From assembly GCA_963767615.1 (NCBI GenBank), contig CAVYED010000009.1, forward strand, positions 77,323-141,322: a stretch of 64,000 bases of DNA. Reading direction: 5' to 3'. Every line of letters begins with the position of its first letter. Positions within the stretch are counted from its first letter, which is position 1. The DNA is from an uncultured Iamiaceae bacterium (lineage in GTDB: Bacteria > Actinomycetota > Acidimicrobiia > Acidimicrobiales > Acidimicrobilacustridaceae). This document shows positions 52,366-62,279 of this stretch, in pieces. Below the pieces are notes generated by a model, which saw only the letters and a list, made by a program, of their open reading frames with translations, searched no databases and was not told the origin of the DNA. The translations under genes and the position numbers were made by a program.

Positions 52366-52512
52366 GTGCTGATCCTCGTCATCCTGGTCATGGCTCTCGT
52401 CATCGCCGTCGGCATCCTCGTCACATGGCTGTTCATGCGGGGGAAGGACTACCAGGAGCCGCCGTCCTCCGCCCCGCCGTCCTCCGCCCCGCCGTCCTCA
52501 GCCGAGGAGTGA
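52366..52512 (+). CDS. Small single-pass membrane protein (48 aa)
   Basis: MLILVILVMALVIAVGILVTWLFMRGKDYQE(PPSSA)3EE; GC-rich third positions; TAGGAT-N6-GTG. Confidence 0.65.
   Translation: MLILVILVMALVIAVGILVTWLFMRGKDYQEPPSSAPPSSAPPSSAEE
52459..52503 (+). repeat. 15-bp tandem repeat, 3 copies
   Basis: CCGCCGTCCTC(C/A)GCC repeated, encoding PPSSA. Confidence 0.85.
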
Positions 52513-52556
52513 CCCGACCGTCCCCGCCCGGCGCAGCCGGACGGGGAGGTGTCGAG

Positions 52557-52641
52557 CGGAGGGAGTGGGATTCGAACCCACGGTGAGTTTCCCCACACAC
52601 GCTTTCCAAGCGTGCCGATTCGGCCGCTCTCGCACCCCTCC
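52557..52641 (-). tRNA. tRNA-Ser(GGA)
   Basis: Anticodon GGA, long variable arm, T-loop. Confidence 0.94.
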
Positions 52642-52700
52642 CGGGGTCCCCGGACGGCCAGCCGGCCGGGGAACGCAGCCGAGAGGGTATCGTGTGCATC

Positions 52701-52836
52701 GGCCCGCTCTCGCGTGTGGCGGTCGGGTCCTGTGCAATCGGAGCCCGCGAACCGGGTCAGGGCCGGAAGGCAGCAGCTCTCACCGGGATCTCCGATGTGC
52801 CGCAGGTCGCCTGACCGTCACACGGGGGAGCGGGCC
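52701..52836 (+). ncRNA. ffs: Signal recognition particle RNA (small type)
   Basis: GTCAGGGCCGGAAGGCAGCAGC helix-8 core inside a long hairpin; lies upstream of dnaX. Confidence 0.92.
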
Positions 52837-52867
52837 TCGTCGCGGGCGGTCGGTAGGCTCGGCGGCG

Positions 52868-54817
52868 ATGTCCTACCAGTCGCTCTACCGCCGCTACCGA
52901 CCCCAGCGCTTCGCCGAGGTCCGGGGTCAGGAGCACCTGGTCTCGGCGTTGCGCAATGCCGTCGTCGAAGACCGCGTGGGCCACGCCTACCTGCTGAGCG
53001 GACCCCGGGGCACGGGCAAGACCTCCACCGCCCGCATCCTGGCCAAGGTCCTCAACTGCGAGAACCCCACCGATGGTGAGCCCTGCGGTGTCTGCCCGTC
53101 GTGCCTGGCCATCGAGGCCGGCACGAGCTTCGACGTCCACGAGCTCGACGCGGCATCCAACAACGGCGTCGAGGCCATCCGAGAGCTGATCGCCAAGGCG
53201 TCGTTGGGCTCGCCGGGTCGCACGAAGGTGTACATCCTCGACGAGGTGCACATGCTGTCGACGGCGGCCTCGAACGCCCTGTTGAAGACGCTCGAGGAGC
53301 CGCCCGAGCACGTGGTGTTCGTGCTGGCCACCACCGACCCCCAGAAGGTGCTGCCCACCATCCGCAGCCGCACCCAGCACTTCGAGGTGCACCTCCTCCC
53401 GGCGACCGACCTGGAAGCCCTGGTCGACGACGTCGCCGCCGATGCCGGGCTCGACGTCGACGCCGACGCCCGGGCCTACGTGCTGCGCACCGGCGCCGGA
53501 TCGGCCCGCGACACCTTGTCCGCCCTCGACCGGGTGGTGGCCGCCGGCGGGGTGCCCGAAGGGGCCGATGGGCTCGACGAGTTGGTCGAAGCCGTGTGCG
53601 ATCGCGACACCGCGCGGGCGCTCGTGGCCGTCGAATCGTCCATGGCGCGTGGCAGCAGCCCCCGGGTGTTGGGCGAATCGTTGATCGCACGCCTCCGCGA
53701 CGTGTTCCTCGCCGCCGTCCACGCCGACCTCTCCCGGCTCACCGACGCCGACCGGGCCCGCTGCGTCGATCAGGCCCAGCGCCTCACCGCCGCCGGTGCG
53801 ACCCGGGCCCTCGAGGTGCTGGGCGAGTCGTTCGTCGGCATCCAGGACGCCCTGGATCCGCGCGTCCCTCTCGAGGTGGCGTTGGTGCGTGTCACCCGGG
53901 CCGACGTCGACACCTCCCCCGAGGCGTTGGCGGAGCGCGTCTCCCGCCTCGAGGCCGGCATCGGTGCACCAGCGCCGGCGGCACCGTCCGCGGCGGCCGT
54001 CACCGGCGGCCTCCGCCATGGCGGCCGACGCCCGGCCCCGGGCGGCAGGGTGCGACCGGCCACCGCCGCCGCCACGGCTCCGGAGCCACAGGCCGCGTCC
54101 CAGCCGGCGACCGGCGGACGACCGGCCGATGGCGCCCGTGACGTCCTGGCCCAGCGCCGCTCCGGCGGCACCGCTCCCAGCCGGCCCGCCGCGCCGGCCT
54201 CGACACCGACCGGCGGCACCCGACGCCCGCCCGCCCCGAGCCGTGCGGCCGGCGCGGCGGCCCCGACGGCCACATCGACCTCAGCCCCCGATCCCACCCC
54301 GTCCGCACCGACGGGCGCGCCCACTCCCCCCGAGCCCGAGGCGGGACCGACGCCTCCACCCACCGAGGCCGAAGCTCCGACCGCCCCGTCGCCGGACGTG
54401 CCCGGCCTCGATCGTTTCGTGGCGATCTGGACCGACGAGGTCCTCGGTGCGCTGCCGCAGAAGCCCCGGGTGCGCTTCGCCGGCGGCCGCTGGCTGTCGG
54501 TCGAGGGCGACACGGCGGTGTTCGGGCTCCCGAACTCCGTGCACGCCCAACGCTGCGACGAGTGCCGCCCCGAGGTCGAGGCCGCCCTGCAGGACCGCTT
54601 CGGTCGACCCGTCATCGTCCGGGTGGTCGTCGACGGCGACGCCGAAGACCCGTCCGCACCGACCAGACCCGCCCTCGCCGACGTCGATCACCCCGCCGAC
54701 GTCGACCTCGCCGACCTCACCGATGCCGACGACGTGGCCGAGAGCGGGGTCGACCGGGTGGCGGCGGTCTTCCCCGGTGCCGAACTCGTCGACCCGCCCT
54801 CCGACCGGCTCCTCTGA
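52868..54817 (+). CDS. dnaX: DNA polymerase III subunit gamma/tau
   Basis: [31 protein letters not shown]. Confidence 0.96.
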   Translation: MSYQSLYRRYRPQRFAEVRGQEHLVSALRNAVVEDRVGHAYLLSGPRGTGKTSTARILAKVLNCENPTDGEPCGVCPSCLAIEAGTSFDVHELDAASNNGVEAIRELIAKASLGSPGRTKVYILDEVHMLSTAASNALLKTLEEPPEHVVFVLATTDPQKVLPTIRSRTQHFEVHLLPATDLEALVDDVAADAGLDVDADARAYVLRTGAGSARDTLSALDRVVAAGGVPEGADGLDELVEAVCDRDTARALVAVESSMARGSSPRVLGESLIARLRDVFLAAVHADLSRLTDADRARCVDQAQRLTAAGATRALEVLGESFVGIQDALDPRVPLEVALVRVTRADVDTSPEALAERVSRLEAGIGAPAPAAPSAAAVTGGLRHGGRRPAPGGRVRPATAAATAPEPQAASQPATGGRPADGARDVLAQRRSGGTAPSRPAAPASTPTGGTRRPPAPSRAAGAAAPTATSTSAPDPTPSAPTGAPTPPEPEAGPTPPPTEAEAPTAPSPDVPGLDRFVAIWTDEVLGALPQKPRVRFAGGRWLSVEGDTAVFGLPNSVHAQRCDECRPEVEAALQDRFGRPVIVRVVVDGDAEDPSAPTRPALADVDHPADVDLADLTDADDVAESGVDRVAAVFPGAELVDPPSDRLL

Positions 54818-54850
54818 GCCTCTTCGTCCACCACCCCCAGGGAGTCCCCG

Positions 54851-55306
54851 ATGTCCGACTCGTTCGATCTCAACGCCATCCTCGGACAGGCGATGGAGAT
54901 GCAACAGCAGTTGCTCGCCGCCCAGTCACAGGCCGCCGAGACCGAGATCACCGGCCGCGCCGGCGGTGGCGCCGTGTCCATCACGGTGAGCGGGGGCATG
55001 GAATTCCGACGCGTCGAGATCAGGCCCGACGCGGTCGACCCCGACGACGTCGCCATGCTCGAGGATCTCGTGCTCGCCGCGCTCAACGACGCCATGGTCC
55101 AGATAGGGGAGATGCAGCAGAGCTCGCTCGGCGGGCTCGACCTCGGCGCCCTCCCCGACCTCGGGGGGATCGGAGGCCTCGGCGGGCTCGGCGGACCGGA
55201 CGCCCCGGGCGGCGGCCTCTCGCTCGACGGGTTGTCCGATCTCGGCATCGTCGACGCGGAGGTCCTGGCCGACGAGGACGGCGACGCCGACCCCGACCCG
55301 GCGTGA
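54851..55306 (+). CDS. ybaB: YbaB/EbfC nucleoid-associated protein
   Basis: [19 protein letters not shown]; dnaX-ybaB-recR order. Confidence 0.92.
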   Translation: MSDSFDLNAILGQAMEMQQQLLAAQSQAAETEITGRAGGGAVSITVSGGMEFRRVEIRPDAVDPDDVAMLEDLVLAALNDAMVQIGEMQQSSLGGLDLGALPDLGGIGGLGGLGGPDAPGGGLSLDGLSDLGIVDAEVLADEDGDADPDPA

Positions 55307-55906
55307 CGTTCTACGCCGGTCCTGTGCAGGACCTCATCGACGAGCTCGGCCGGCTCCCCGGCGTCGGGCCGAAGTCGGCGCAGCGCATCGCCTTCTACCT
55401 GCTCAAGGCCCCGGCGGCCGATGCGCTCCGCCTGGCCGCGTCCATCACCGTCGCCAAGGAACGCGTCACGTTCTGCCCCCGGTGCTTCAACATCGCCGAG
55501 GGGGCCGAGTGCGCGATCTGCGCCGACACGCGCCGCGAGGACTCGGTCGTGTGCGTCGTCGAGGAGTCCCGAGACATCGTCGCCGTCGAGAAGACCGGCG
55601 AGTTCAAGGGCCGCTACCACGTGCTCCAGGGTGCGATCAGCCCGATCGAAGGCATCGGACCCGACCAGCTGCAGGGTCAAGGAGCTGTTGGCCCGGATCG
55701 AGCCCGAAGGCATCACCGAGGTGATCCTGTGCACGAACCCGAACATCGAGGGTGAGGCGACCGCGATGTACCTCGGCCGCCTGCTCAAGCCGCTGGGGTT
55801 GCGGGTGACCCGCATCGCCAGCGGCCTGCCCGTCGGCGGCGATCTCGAGTACGCCGACGAGCTGACGCTGGGTCGCGCCCTCGAAGGGCGCCGCGAGGTC
55901 GAGTAG
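55303..55906 (+). CDS. recR: Recombination mediator RecR (frameshift near 55672)
   Basis: [12 protein letters not shown]4 zinc finger, [14 protein letters not shown] in the second frame. Confidence 0.95.
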
Positions 55907-55911
55907 GGGGA

Positions 55912-57094
55912 TCAGACGGTCTCGAGCAGGATGCCGTCGCCCTGGCCACCGCCACCGCACAGCGCGGCAGCACCCTTGCCGCCACCGCGGCGCTTGAGCT
56001 CCATCAGCAGGTGCAGCGCCACACGGTTGCCGGACATGCCGATCGGGTGGCCGAGGGCGATGGCACCGCCGTTGATGTTGGTGACCTCGTCGGTGATGCC
56101 GAGGGTCTGCATCGAGGCGACGCCGACGGCGGCGAACGCCTCGTTGAGCTCGAACAGGTCGAGATCGCCGACGCTCATGCCGGCGCGGGCGAGTGCCGCG
56201 TTGATGGCGTTGGCCGGCTGGTCGAGCAGCGAGGCGTCGGGGCCCGCCACCTGGCCGTAGCCGAGGATGCGCCCGAGCGGCGTGACGCCCAGACGCTCGG
56301 CGGCGGCTTCGGAGCACACCACGACCGCTGATCCGCCGTCGGAGATCTGTGAGGCGTTGCCGGCGGTGATGTTGCCGGCCTTGTCGAACGCGGGGCGCAG
56401 AGCGCCCAGGCTGTCGTGGGTGGTCCCGGGACGAACACCCTCGTCCTCGCGGAAGAGGATCGGGTCGCCCTTGCGCTGGGGGATCTCCACCGTGACGATC
56501 TCGTCGTCGAAGAGCCCGTCCTTCTGCGCCTTGGCCGCGCGCTCGTGGCTGAGCGCGGCGAGGGCGTCCTGGGACTCGCGCGAGAGGCCCTTGGTGGCGG
56601 CGTACTTCTCGGTACCGGCGCCCATGGCGCACTGGTCGATGGCGCAGAAGAGGCCGTCGAACATCATCGAGTCGACGACCTTCTGGTCGCCCATCCGGTA
56701 GCCGGCGCGGGCGCCCGGCAGCAGGTACGGCGCGTTGGTCATGGACTCCATGCCCCCGGCCACGACGATGTCGGCCTCGCCCGTCTGGATCATCATGTCG
56801 GCGACGTGGATGGCGTTGAGGCCGGACAGGCAGACCTTGTTGATGGTCGTGGCGGGCACGCTCAACGGGAGCCCGGCCGCCACGGCAGCCTGCCTGGCGG
56901 TGAGCTGGCCAGCGCCGGCGAGGAGCACCTGGCCCATCAGGACGGCGTCGACCTGATCGGGGGAGACGCCGGCCACGGGCCAGCGCCTCCTTGATGGCGA
57001 TGCCACCGAGGTCGGTCGCCGCAAACCCGGACAACGCTCCGGAAAGCTTGCCGATCGGCGTACGCGCGCCGCTGAGAATGACAGATCCGGCCAT
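55912..57094 (-). CDS. Acetyl-CoA C-acetyltransferase (frameshift near 56974)
   Basis: RTPIG, INKVCLSG, NEAF, GHPIG, LCGGGG. Confidence 0.93.
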
Positions 57095-57110
57095 GGTTTC
57101 CCTCCCGAGG

Positions 57111-57126
57111 GTGACAGGCCCGTCAG
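57111..57126. promoter_or_regulatory. Palindromic operator upstream of thiolase
   Basis: GTGACAGGCCCGTCAG adjoining a minus-strand TACACT -10 element (57125-57130). Confidence 0.5.
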
Positions 57127-57172
57127 TGTAGGGACCCGAGCCACCGAAGGGCCAAAGGCCGAAGGGGTACTC

Positions 57173-57883
57173 CTAGGTCAGGTCGCCCCGGTTGTCGCGG
57201 AGGGCCTCACGCAGGTCAGCGGGGTTCGACGACCACACCGACGACTGCGTGGCCGAGCGGGCGGCGCGCTCGATGGCGGAGCGCACCATGCGGGTCACGG
57301 GGTCCTCGGCCTCGTCGTCGGCGTCGGTCTCGTCCGACGCAGGTGCCACGGACGACACGGGGGGGACCGGACGCACCGAGGTGGCGACCGACGCCCCCAT
57401 GGGCACGACCTCGCGCTCGGACAGGGCGTCGGCGTCGAGCTCGTCGACGGTCGCGGCCGGCCCCGGCACGGACTCGTCGCCGAGGTCGAGGGACGTCTCG
57501 CCGTCCTGGGTGAGATCGACGACGGCATGCGGGAGACGAGCGAGACGTTCGATGACGGACTCCAGTTCGCGTCGAGTGGCCACCAGCCGTTCGATCGTCC
57601 CGTCCGCGCCGCGCCGGATCTCCTCTGCTTCCTCCAGCATCGTCGCGGCGCGGGTCTCGGCGTCGGCCAGGATGCGGGCGGCGTGGTCCCGGTCGTTGCG
57701 GGCACGCGTCTCGAGCTCGGAGGCCTCGACCTGGGCCCGGGCCCGGATCACCTTCGCCTCTGCGTCGGACTGGCCCTTGATGGCCAAGGCATCGACCTCG
57801 GCCCGGGCGATCACCGCATCGGCCTCGGCGCGGGCCCGTGCGACGATCGCCTGAGCATCGATCTCGTCGGGCACGGGTGCCAT
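57173..57883 (-). CDS. Coiled-coil protein with DivIVA/Scy-like repeats
   Basis: ARAEADAVIARAE-type Ala/Glu/Arg repeats. Confidence 0.6.
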   Translation of the reverse strand: MAPVPDEIDAQAIVARARAEADAVIARAEVDALAIKGQSDAEAKVIRARAQVEASELETRARNDRDHAARILADAETRAATMLEEAEEIRRGADGTIERLVATRRELESVIERLARLPHAVVDLTQDGETSLDLGDESVPGPAATVDELDADALSEREVVPMGASVATSVRPVPPVSSVAPASDETDADDEAEDPVTRMVRSAIERAARSATQSSVWSSNPADLREALRDNRGDLT

Positions 57884-58009
57884 GGGGAGCCTCTCCTCGT
57901 GTCGGGGCACTGCCTGCCCCGGCCTCATGAATTGTAGCCGTACGGCCACCCCCCGCGTTCGATTCCGCCCGATCCGTCCGATCGCCGGGCTCGACCCGCG
58001 CGATCGCTG

Positions 58010-58027
58010 GCTGACGGATCCGTCAGC
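58010..58027. promoter_or_regulatory. Perfect palindrome upstream of ccr
   Basis: GCTGACGGATCCGTCAGC. Confidence 0.65.
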
Positions 58028-58067
58028 TTCTTGGCATCGCACGGCCACCCGCCACTACCTTGCCGCC

Positions 58068-59408
58068 ATGCAGCAGATCCTCGACGCCATCCGGTCCGGC
58101 GCGTCCGCCGACGAGTTCGCCGCCCTGCCCCTCCCGGAGTCCTACCGGGCAGTCGTCGTCCGCAAGGACGAGCAGAGCATGTTCGAGGGTCTCCCCTCGC
58201 ACGAGAAGGACCCGCGCTCCTCGCTGCACCTGCAGGAGATCGCGCTCCCCGAGCTGGCCCCCGATGAGGCCGTCATCGCCGTCATGGCCAGCTCGATCAA
58301 CTTCAACACGGTGTGGAGCTCGATCTTCGAGCCCGTCTCGACCTTCGGCTTCCTGTCGCGACTCGGTCGCGAGGGCTACTGGGGCGCCCGCCACGACCAG
58401 GACTTCCACGCCCTCGGGTCCGACGCCTCCGGCGTGGTGCTGCGCGTCGGTTCGGCGGTGCGCAAGTGGAAGCCGGGCGACAAGGTCGTCGTCCACTGCA
58501 ACTACGTCGACGACCAGGACCACTCCAGCCACAACGACTCGATGCTGGCCGACAACCAACGGATCTGGGGATTCGAGACCAACTACGGAGGTCTGGCCGA
58601 TCTCAGCGTCGTGAAGGCGAACCAGCTCATGCCGAAGCCCGCCCACCTCACGTGGGAGGAGTCCGCGGTCAATGCGCTGTGCAACTCCACCAGCTATCGC
58701 ATGCTCGTGAGCCCCCACGCCGCACAGATGCGCCAGGGTGACGCCGTGTTGATCTGGGGCGCCACGGGTGGCCTCGGCGGCTACGCCGTGCAGTACGTCC
58801 TCAACGGCGGCGGCACCCCGGTCGGGATCGTGTCCTCGGCCGACAAGGTGTCGTTGCTCAACGACCTCGGCTGCGACGCGGTGATCGACCGCAAGGCCGC
58901 CGGTTACCGCTTCTGGGCCGACGAGCACACGCAGGACGAATCCGAGTGGCGTCGGCTCGGCAAGGACGTCCGCGGGCTCATCGGACGCGACGTCGACATC
59001 GTCTTCGAGCACCCGGGCCGCCAGACCTTCGGCGCCTCGGTCTTCGTCGCGAGTCGCGGTGGAACCATCGTCACCTGCGCGGCCACCAGCGGGTTCATGG
59101 TCGAGTTCGACAACCGTCACCTCTGGATGAAGCTGAAGAGGATCATCAGCTCCCACTTCGCCAACTACGCCGAGGCGTGGGAGGCCAACGACCTCATCTG
59201 CCGAGGCCGGATCCAGCCGATCATGTCGGCGGTCTACCCGCTCGACCAGACCGGTGAGGCCGCCTACCAGGTGCACCGCAACCTGCACGAGGGCAAGATC
59301 GCCGTGCTCTGCATGGCCCCCGAAGAGGGCCTCGGCATCGACGATCCGGCCTTCCGGGCCGAGGTCGGCGAAGATCGCATCACCGCCTTCCGCCGCCACG
59401 GCGCCTGA
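58068..59408 (+). CDS. ccr: Crotonyl-CoA carboxylase/reductase
   Basis: MASSINFNTVW, IWGFETNYG, FEHPG, DNRHLWM, SHFAN. Confidence 0.95.
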   Translation: MQQILDAIRSGASADEFAALPLPESYRAVVVRKDEQSMFEGLPSHEKDPRSSLHLQEIALPELAPDEAVIAVMASSINFNTVWSSIFEPVSTFGFLSRLGREGYWGARHDQDFHALGSDASGVVLRVGSAVRKWKPGDKVVVHCNYVDDQDHSSHNDSMLADNQRIWGFETNYGGLADLSVVKANQLMPKPAHLTWEESAVNALCNSTSYRMLVSPHAAQMRQGDAVLIWGATGGLGGYAVQYVLNGGGTPVGIVSSADKVSLLNDLGCDAVIDRKAAGYRFWADEHTQDESEWRRLGKDVRGLIGRDVDIVFEHPGRQTFGASVFVASRGGTIVTCAATSGFMVEFDNRHLWMKLKRIISSHFANYAEAWEANDLICRGRIQPIMSAVYPLDQTGEAAYQVHRNLHEGKIAVLCMAPEEGLGIDDPAFRAEVGEDRITAFRRHGA

Positions 59409-59422
59409 AACGAGGAGACCTC

Positions 59423-59899
59423 ATGAGCATCAACGTCCGTCGACCCGGCGAAGACGACCAACAGGCGCAGACGACCGAGACCGCCCAGACCCGCCCGCTG
59501 CTGACCGAGATCGATCACATCGCCATCGCCGTACCCGACCTGGGTGAGGCCATCGACTACTACCGCGAGACGTTCGGTGCGGTCGTCGACCACCGCGAGG
59601 TCGTCGACAGCGACGGGGTGGAGGAAGCGCTGTTGAAGGTGGCCGAGAGCTACGTCCAGCTCCTCACCCCGACCCGGGACGACTCCACCGTCGCCAAGTG
59701 GCTCGAGAAGCGAGGCGGCCCGGGGATCCACCACGTCGGCTACCGCGTGTCGAGCTGCGCAGAGGCCCTCGACGCCGTCAAGGCCCAGGGCTTCCGGGTG
59801 CTCGACGACGCGCCTCGCCCCGGTTCCAGGGGCACGACCGTGGCCTTCATCCATCCGAAGGACGCGCTCGGCACCCTGATCGAGCTCGTCGAGGAGTGA
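59423..59899 (+). CDS. mce: Methylmalonyl/ethylmalonyl-CoA epimerase
   Basis: IDHIAIAV, GIHHV, AFIHPK..GTLIELVE. Confidence 0.93.
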   Translation: MSINVRRPGEDDQQAQTTETAQTRPLLTEIDHIAIAVPDLGEAIDYYRETFGAVVDHREVVDSDGVEEALLKVAESYVQLLTPTRDDSTVAKWLEKRGGPGIHHVGYRVSSCAEALDAVKAQGFRVLDDAPRPGSRGTTVAFIHPKDALGTLIELVEE

Positions 59900-59911
59900 G
59901 TCCGACCCGGG

Positions 59912-60487
59912 TCAGGGACAGTTGACCCGGGCCCAGCGTTCGACCTCGACCGTGGCGGCGGCCACCTCGCCCTGTTGCGGGTAGCCGTCGATCGCCGAGA
60001 GCGCCGAGGCCACGTCTCCCGCGCTCTGCGCGGTGTCGGCCACGAACGTCGAGAAGAGCCGCAGGGCCGTCAGAGGGCCCACGAGAGATCCGGGAGCGCC
60101 GCCCGCGGCCTGCTCGTAGAGCGCGGCGTTGCGCCTGGCATCGACGATGACCCGCTGACGCTCGTCGGGCCAGCTCCCGAGGTCACGGGGCAACAGATCG
60201 GCCAAGGGCAGAGCCTGAGCGAGCGACGTGCAGGTGACCGCGGCCGCCGGTGCCCCGGGCTCGGTGGCGGGCGGCGGAAGGACCGACGCCGGTGGTGGCG
60301 GCGGGGAGAGGGACGTCGTGGTCGTGGGTTCCGTGGTGACGACCGTCGTGTCCGGCATCGAGGTGCCTGCGCCGACCGATGTCGTGGAGGCGGCGTCCCC
60401 GTCGTCGCCCGCATCGCTGCAGCCCGCGAGGACCGACACCACCACGAGGAGGGCAGCGAGCGCGGTGACGGGACGGAGTCGACGCAT
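59912..60487 (-). CDS. Hypothetical lipoprotein
   Basis: LAGC lipobox, Thr/Pro linker, two Cys in the mature domain. Confidence 0.7.
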   Translation of the reverse strand: MRRLRPVTALAALLVVVSVLAGCSDAGDDGDAASTTSVGAGTSMPDTTVVTTEPTTTTSLSPPPPPASVLPPPATEPGAPAAAVTCTSLAQALPLADLLPRDLGSWPDERQRVIVDARRNAALYEQAAGGAPGSLVGPLTALRLFSTFVADTAQSAGDVASALSAIDGYPQQGEVAAATVEVERWARVNCP

Positions 60488-60583
60488 CACTCCGACTGTG
60501 GCACAGGCGAGGACGCCGGCCCGCGCACCCGCGACCGACCACCGGCGCCGCTGTGCCCCAGGTCGGCCACTACCGTGCGCCCG

Positions 60584-61999
60584 ATGCCGGATCGCACCTT
60601 CACCGTGACGGAGCTGTCCGGCGCCATCGCCGACACGGTCGAGGCCCGTTTCGGGCAGGGCTTCTGGGTGGACGGCGAGGTGGCATCGCTGAGCCGCAGC
60701 CGCCAGGGCCACGTCTACTTCGACCTGGTCGACCGGACCGCGCCCGGCGCCCCGCCGGCGGCCAGCGTGCCCGTGGTGCTGTGGTCGTCGACCCGCGACC
60801 GTGTGAACGCCCTCCTGCGCCGTCACGAGAGCATCCGCATCGTCGACGGGGTGCGCATCCGCATCGGCGCCCGCCTCGAGTTCTACGCACCGAAGGGGCG
60901 ACTCCAGGTGCAGATGCACGACATCGACCCCACCTACACCCTGGGGCTGCTGTCCAACGAGCGCGACCGGGTGCTGCAGCTCCTCGAGATCGAGGGCCTC
61001 CTCCACCGCAACCGCGCCCTCGAGCTCGGTGTGGCGCCGCTGCGCCTCGGTCTGGTGACCGCGGCCGGAAGCGCGGCCGAGGCCGACGTGCTGGAGACCC
61101 TCACCGACAGCGGACTGGCCTGGCAGATCATCCACGTCGACACCCGGGTGCAGGGCGCGGGAGCCGAGCGTGAGGTCGCGGCGGCGCTGCGCACCGTGGT
61201 CCGGCACCGCGTCGATGCCGTCGCTCTCGTCCGCGGGGGCGGAGCGCGCACCGATCTCGCCGTGTTCGACCACGAGACCGTGGCCCGCACCATCGCCGGA
61301 CTCGGCGTACCGGTGATCACGGGGATCGGCCACGAGACCGACCAGAGCGTGGCCGATCTCGTCGCGCATCGCAGCGAACGGACCCCGACGGCCTGCGCCG
61401 CCGCCCTGGTCGGCCACGTGCGCGCCAGTGCCGAACGCGCCGAACGGGCGTGGTCCGAGATCGCCCGCCACGGCGCGCTGGCCCTCGACCGGGCCGAAGC
61501 CGACGCCATGCACCGGGCCCGCCGGGCCGTGCGCTCCGTGCGGGCCCGTCTCACGCTGGCCGAGCATCGGCTGGACGCCACCGACAGGCTCCTTCGCCGA
61601 CGGGCCCCGGAGACGGTCGCGGCAGCGGCCGCCCGCCTCGAACGGGGAGCCGGGCAGACCGCAGCCACCGCCCGCGCCCATCTCCGCCTCCACGACCAGC
61701 GCCTCACCACGGCGACGAGCGACCTCGCCGCCGGCGCGACGCGCGCCCTGCGCGACACCGAGCGCCACCTGGACTCCCGCAGGGTCCGGGTCGACGCACT
61801 CGACCCCGGACGAGCCCTCGCTCGTGGGTGGACGATCACCCGGACCGTGACGGGTGCCGTGGTCCGTGGCACGATCGACGTCGCGCCCGGCGACCAGGTC
61901 GTGACCACGGTCCACGACGGGAGCTTCACCTCTGTGGTCGCGCCCGACCCCCACCCCATCCCACGCCCCCGAACGGAGACCGACACCGATGCCCGCTGA
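60584..61999 (+). CDS. xseA: Exodeoxyribonuclease VII large subunit
   Basis: WVDGEV, GHVYF, RGGG, TGIGHETD, TPTA. Confidence 0.95.
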   Translation: MPDRTFTVTELSGAIADTVEARFGQGFWVDGEVASLSRSRQGHVYFDLVDRTAPGAPPAASVPVVLWSSTRDRVNALLRRHESIRIVDGVRIRIGARLEFYAPKGRLQVQMHDIDPTYTLGLLSNERDRVLQLLEIEGLLHRNRALELGVAPLRLGLVTAAGSAAEADVLETLTDSGLAWQIIHVDTRVQGAGAEREVAAALRTVVRHRVDAVALVRGGGARTDLAVFDHETVARTIAGLGVPVITGIGHETDQSVADLVAHRSERTPTACAAALVGHVRASAERAERAWSEIARHGALALDRAEADAMHRARRAVRSVRARLTLAEHRLDATDRLLRRRAPETVAAAAARLERGAGQTAATARAHLRLHDQRLTTATSDLAAGATRALRDTERHLDSRRVRVDALDPGRALARGWTITRTVTGAVVRGTIDVAPGDQVVTTVHDGSFTSVVAPDPHPIPRPRTETDTDAR

Positions 62000-62279
62000 G
62001 GTCCCCGGCGACCCCGACGATCTCGCCTACGCCGACGCTGTGGCCGAGCTCGAGGAGATCCTCGCCGAGCTCGACAGCGACGACGTCGACGTCGACCAGC
62101 TGGCGACCCAGGTGCAGCGGGCCGCGGCGCTCATCGCGTCGTGCCGCCGGCGCCTCGCCGCCGCCCGGCTCGACGTGACCCGGATCGTGGCCGATCTCGA
62201 CACACTCGACGACGCCGAGCCCGCGCCGGAGACCCAGGCCGACGCCGGTCCGGCCGACGACGAGGGGACCGAAGCGTGA
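61989..62279 (+). CDS. xseB: Exodeoxyribonuclease VII small subunit
   Basis: YADAVAELEEIL..CRRRL; follows xseA. Confidence 0.92.
   Translation: MPAEVPGDPDDLAYADAVAELEEILAELDSDDVDVDQLATQVQRAAALIASCRRRLAAARLDVTRIVADLDTLDDAEPAPETQADAGPADDEGTEA

Noticed and set aside
52868-54817. Programmed frameshift in dnaX
   Set aside because: No A-AAA-AAG or poly-A slippery run seen
55200-55250. Encapsulin-targeting-like peptide in the YbaB tail
   Set aside because: Only loose Gly/Leu similarity, and no encapsulin gene in the window
57131-57162. Dos-like half sites upstream of the thiolase gene
   Set aside because: Only one half matches in each case; expected by chance in GC-rich DNA
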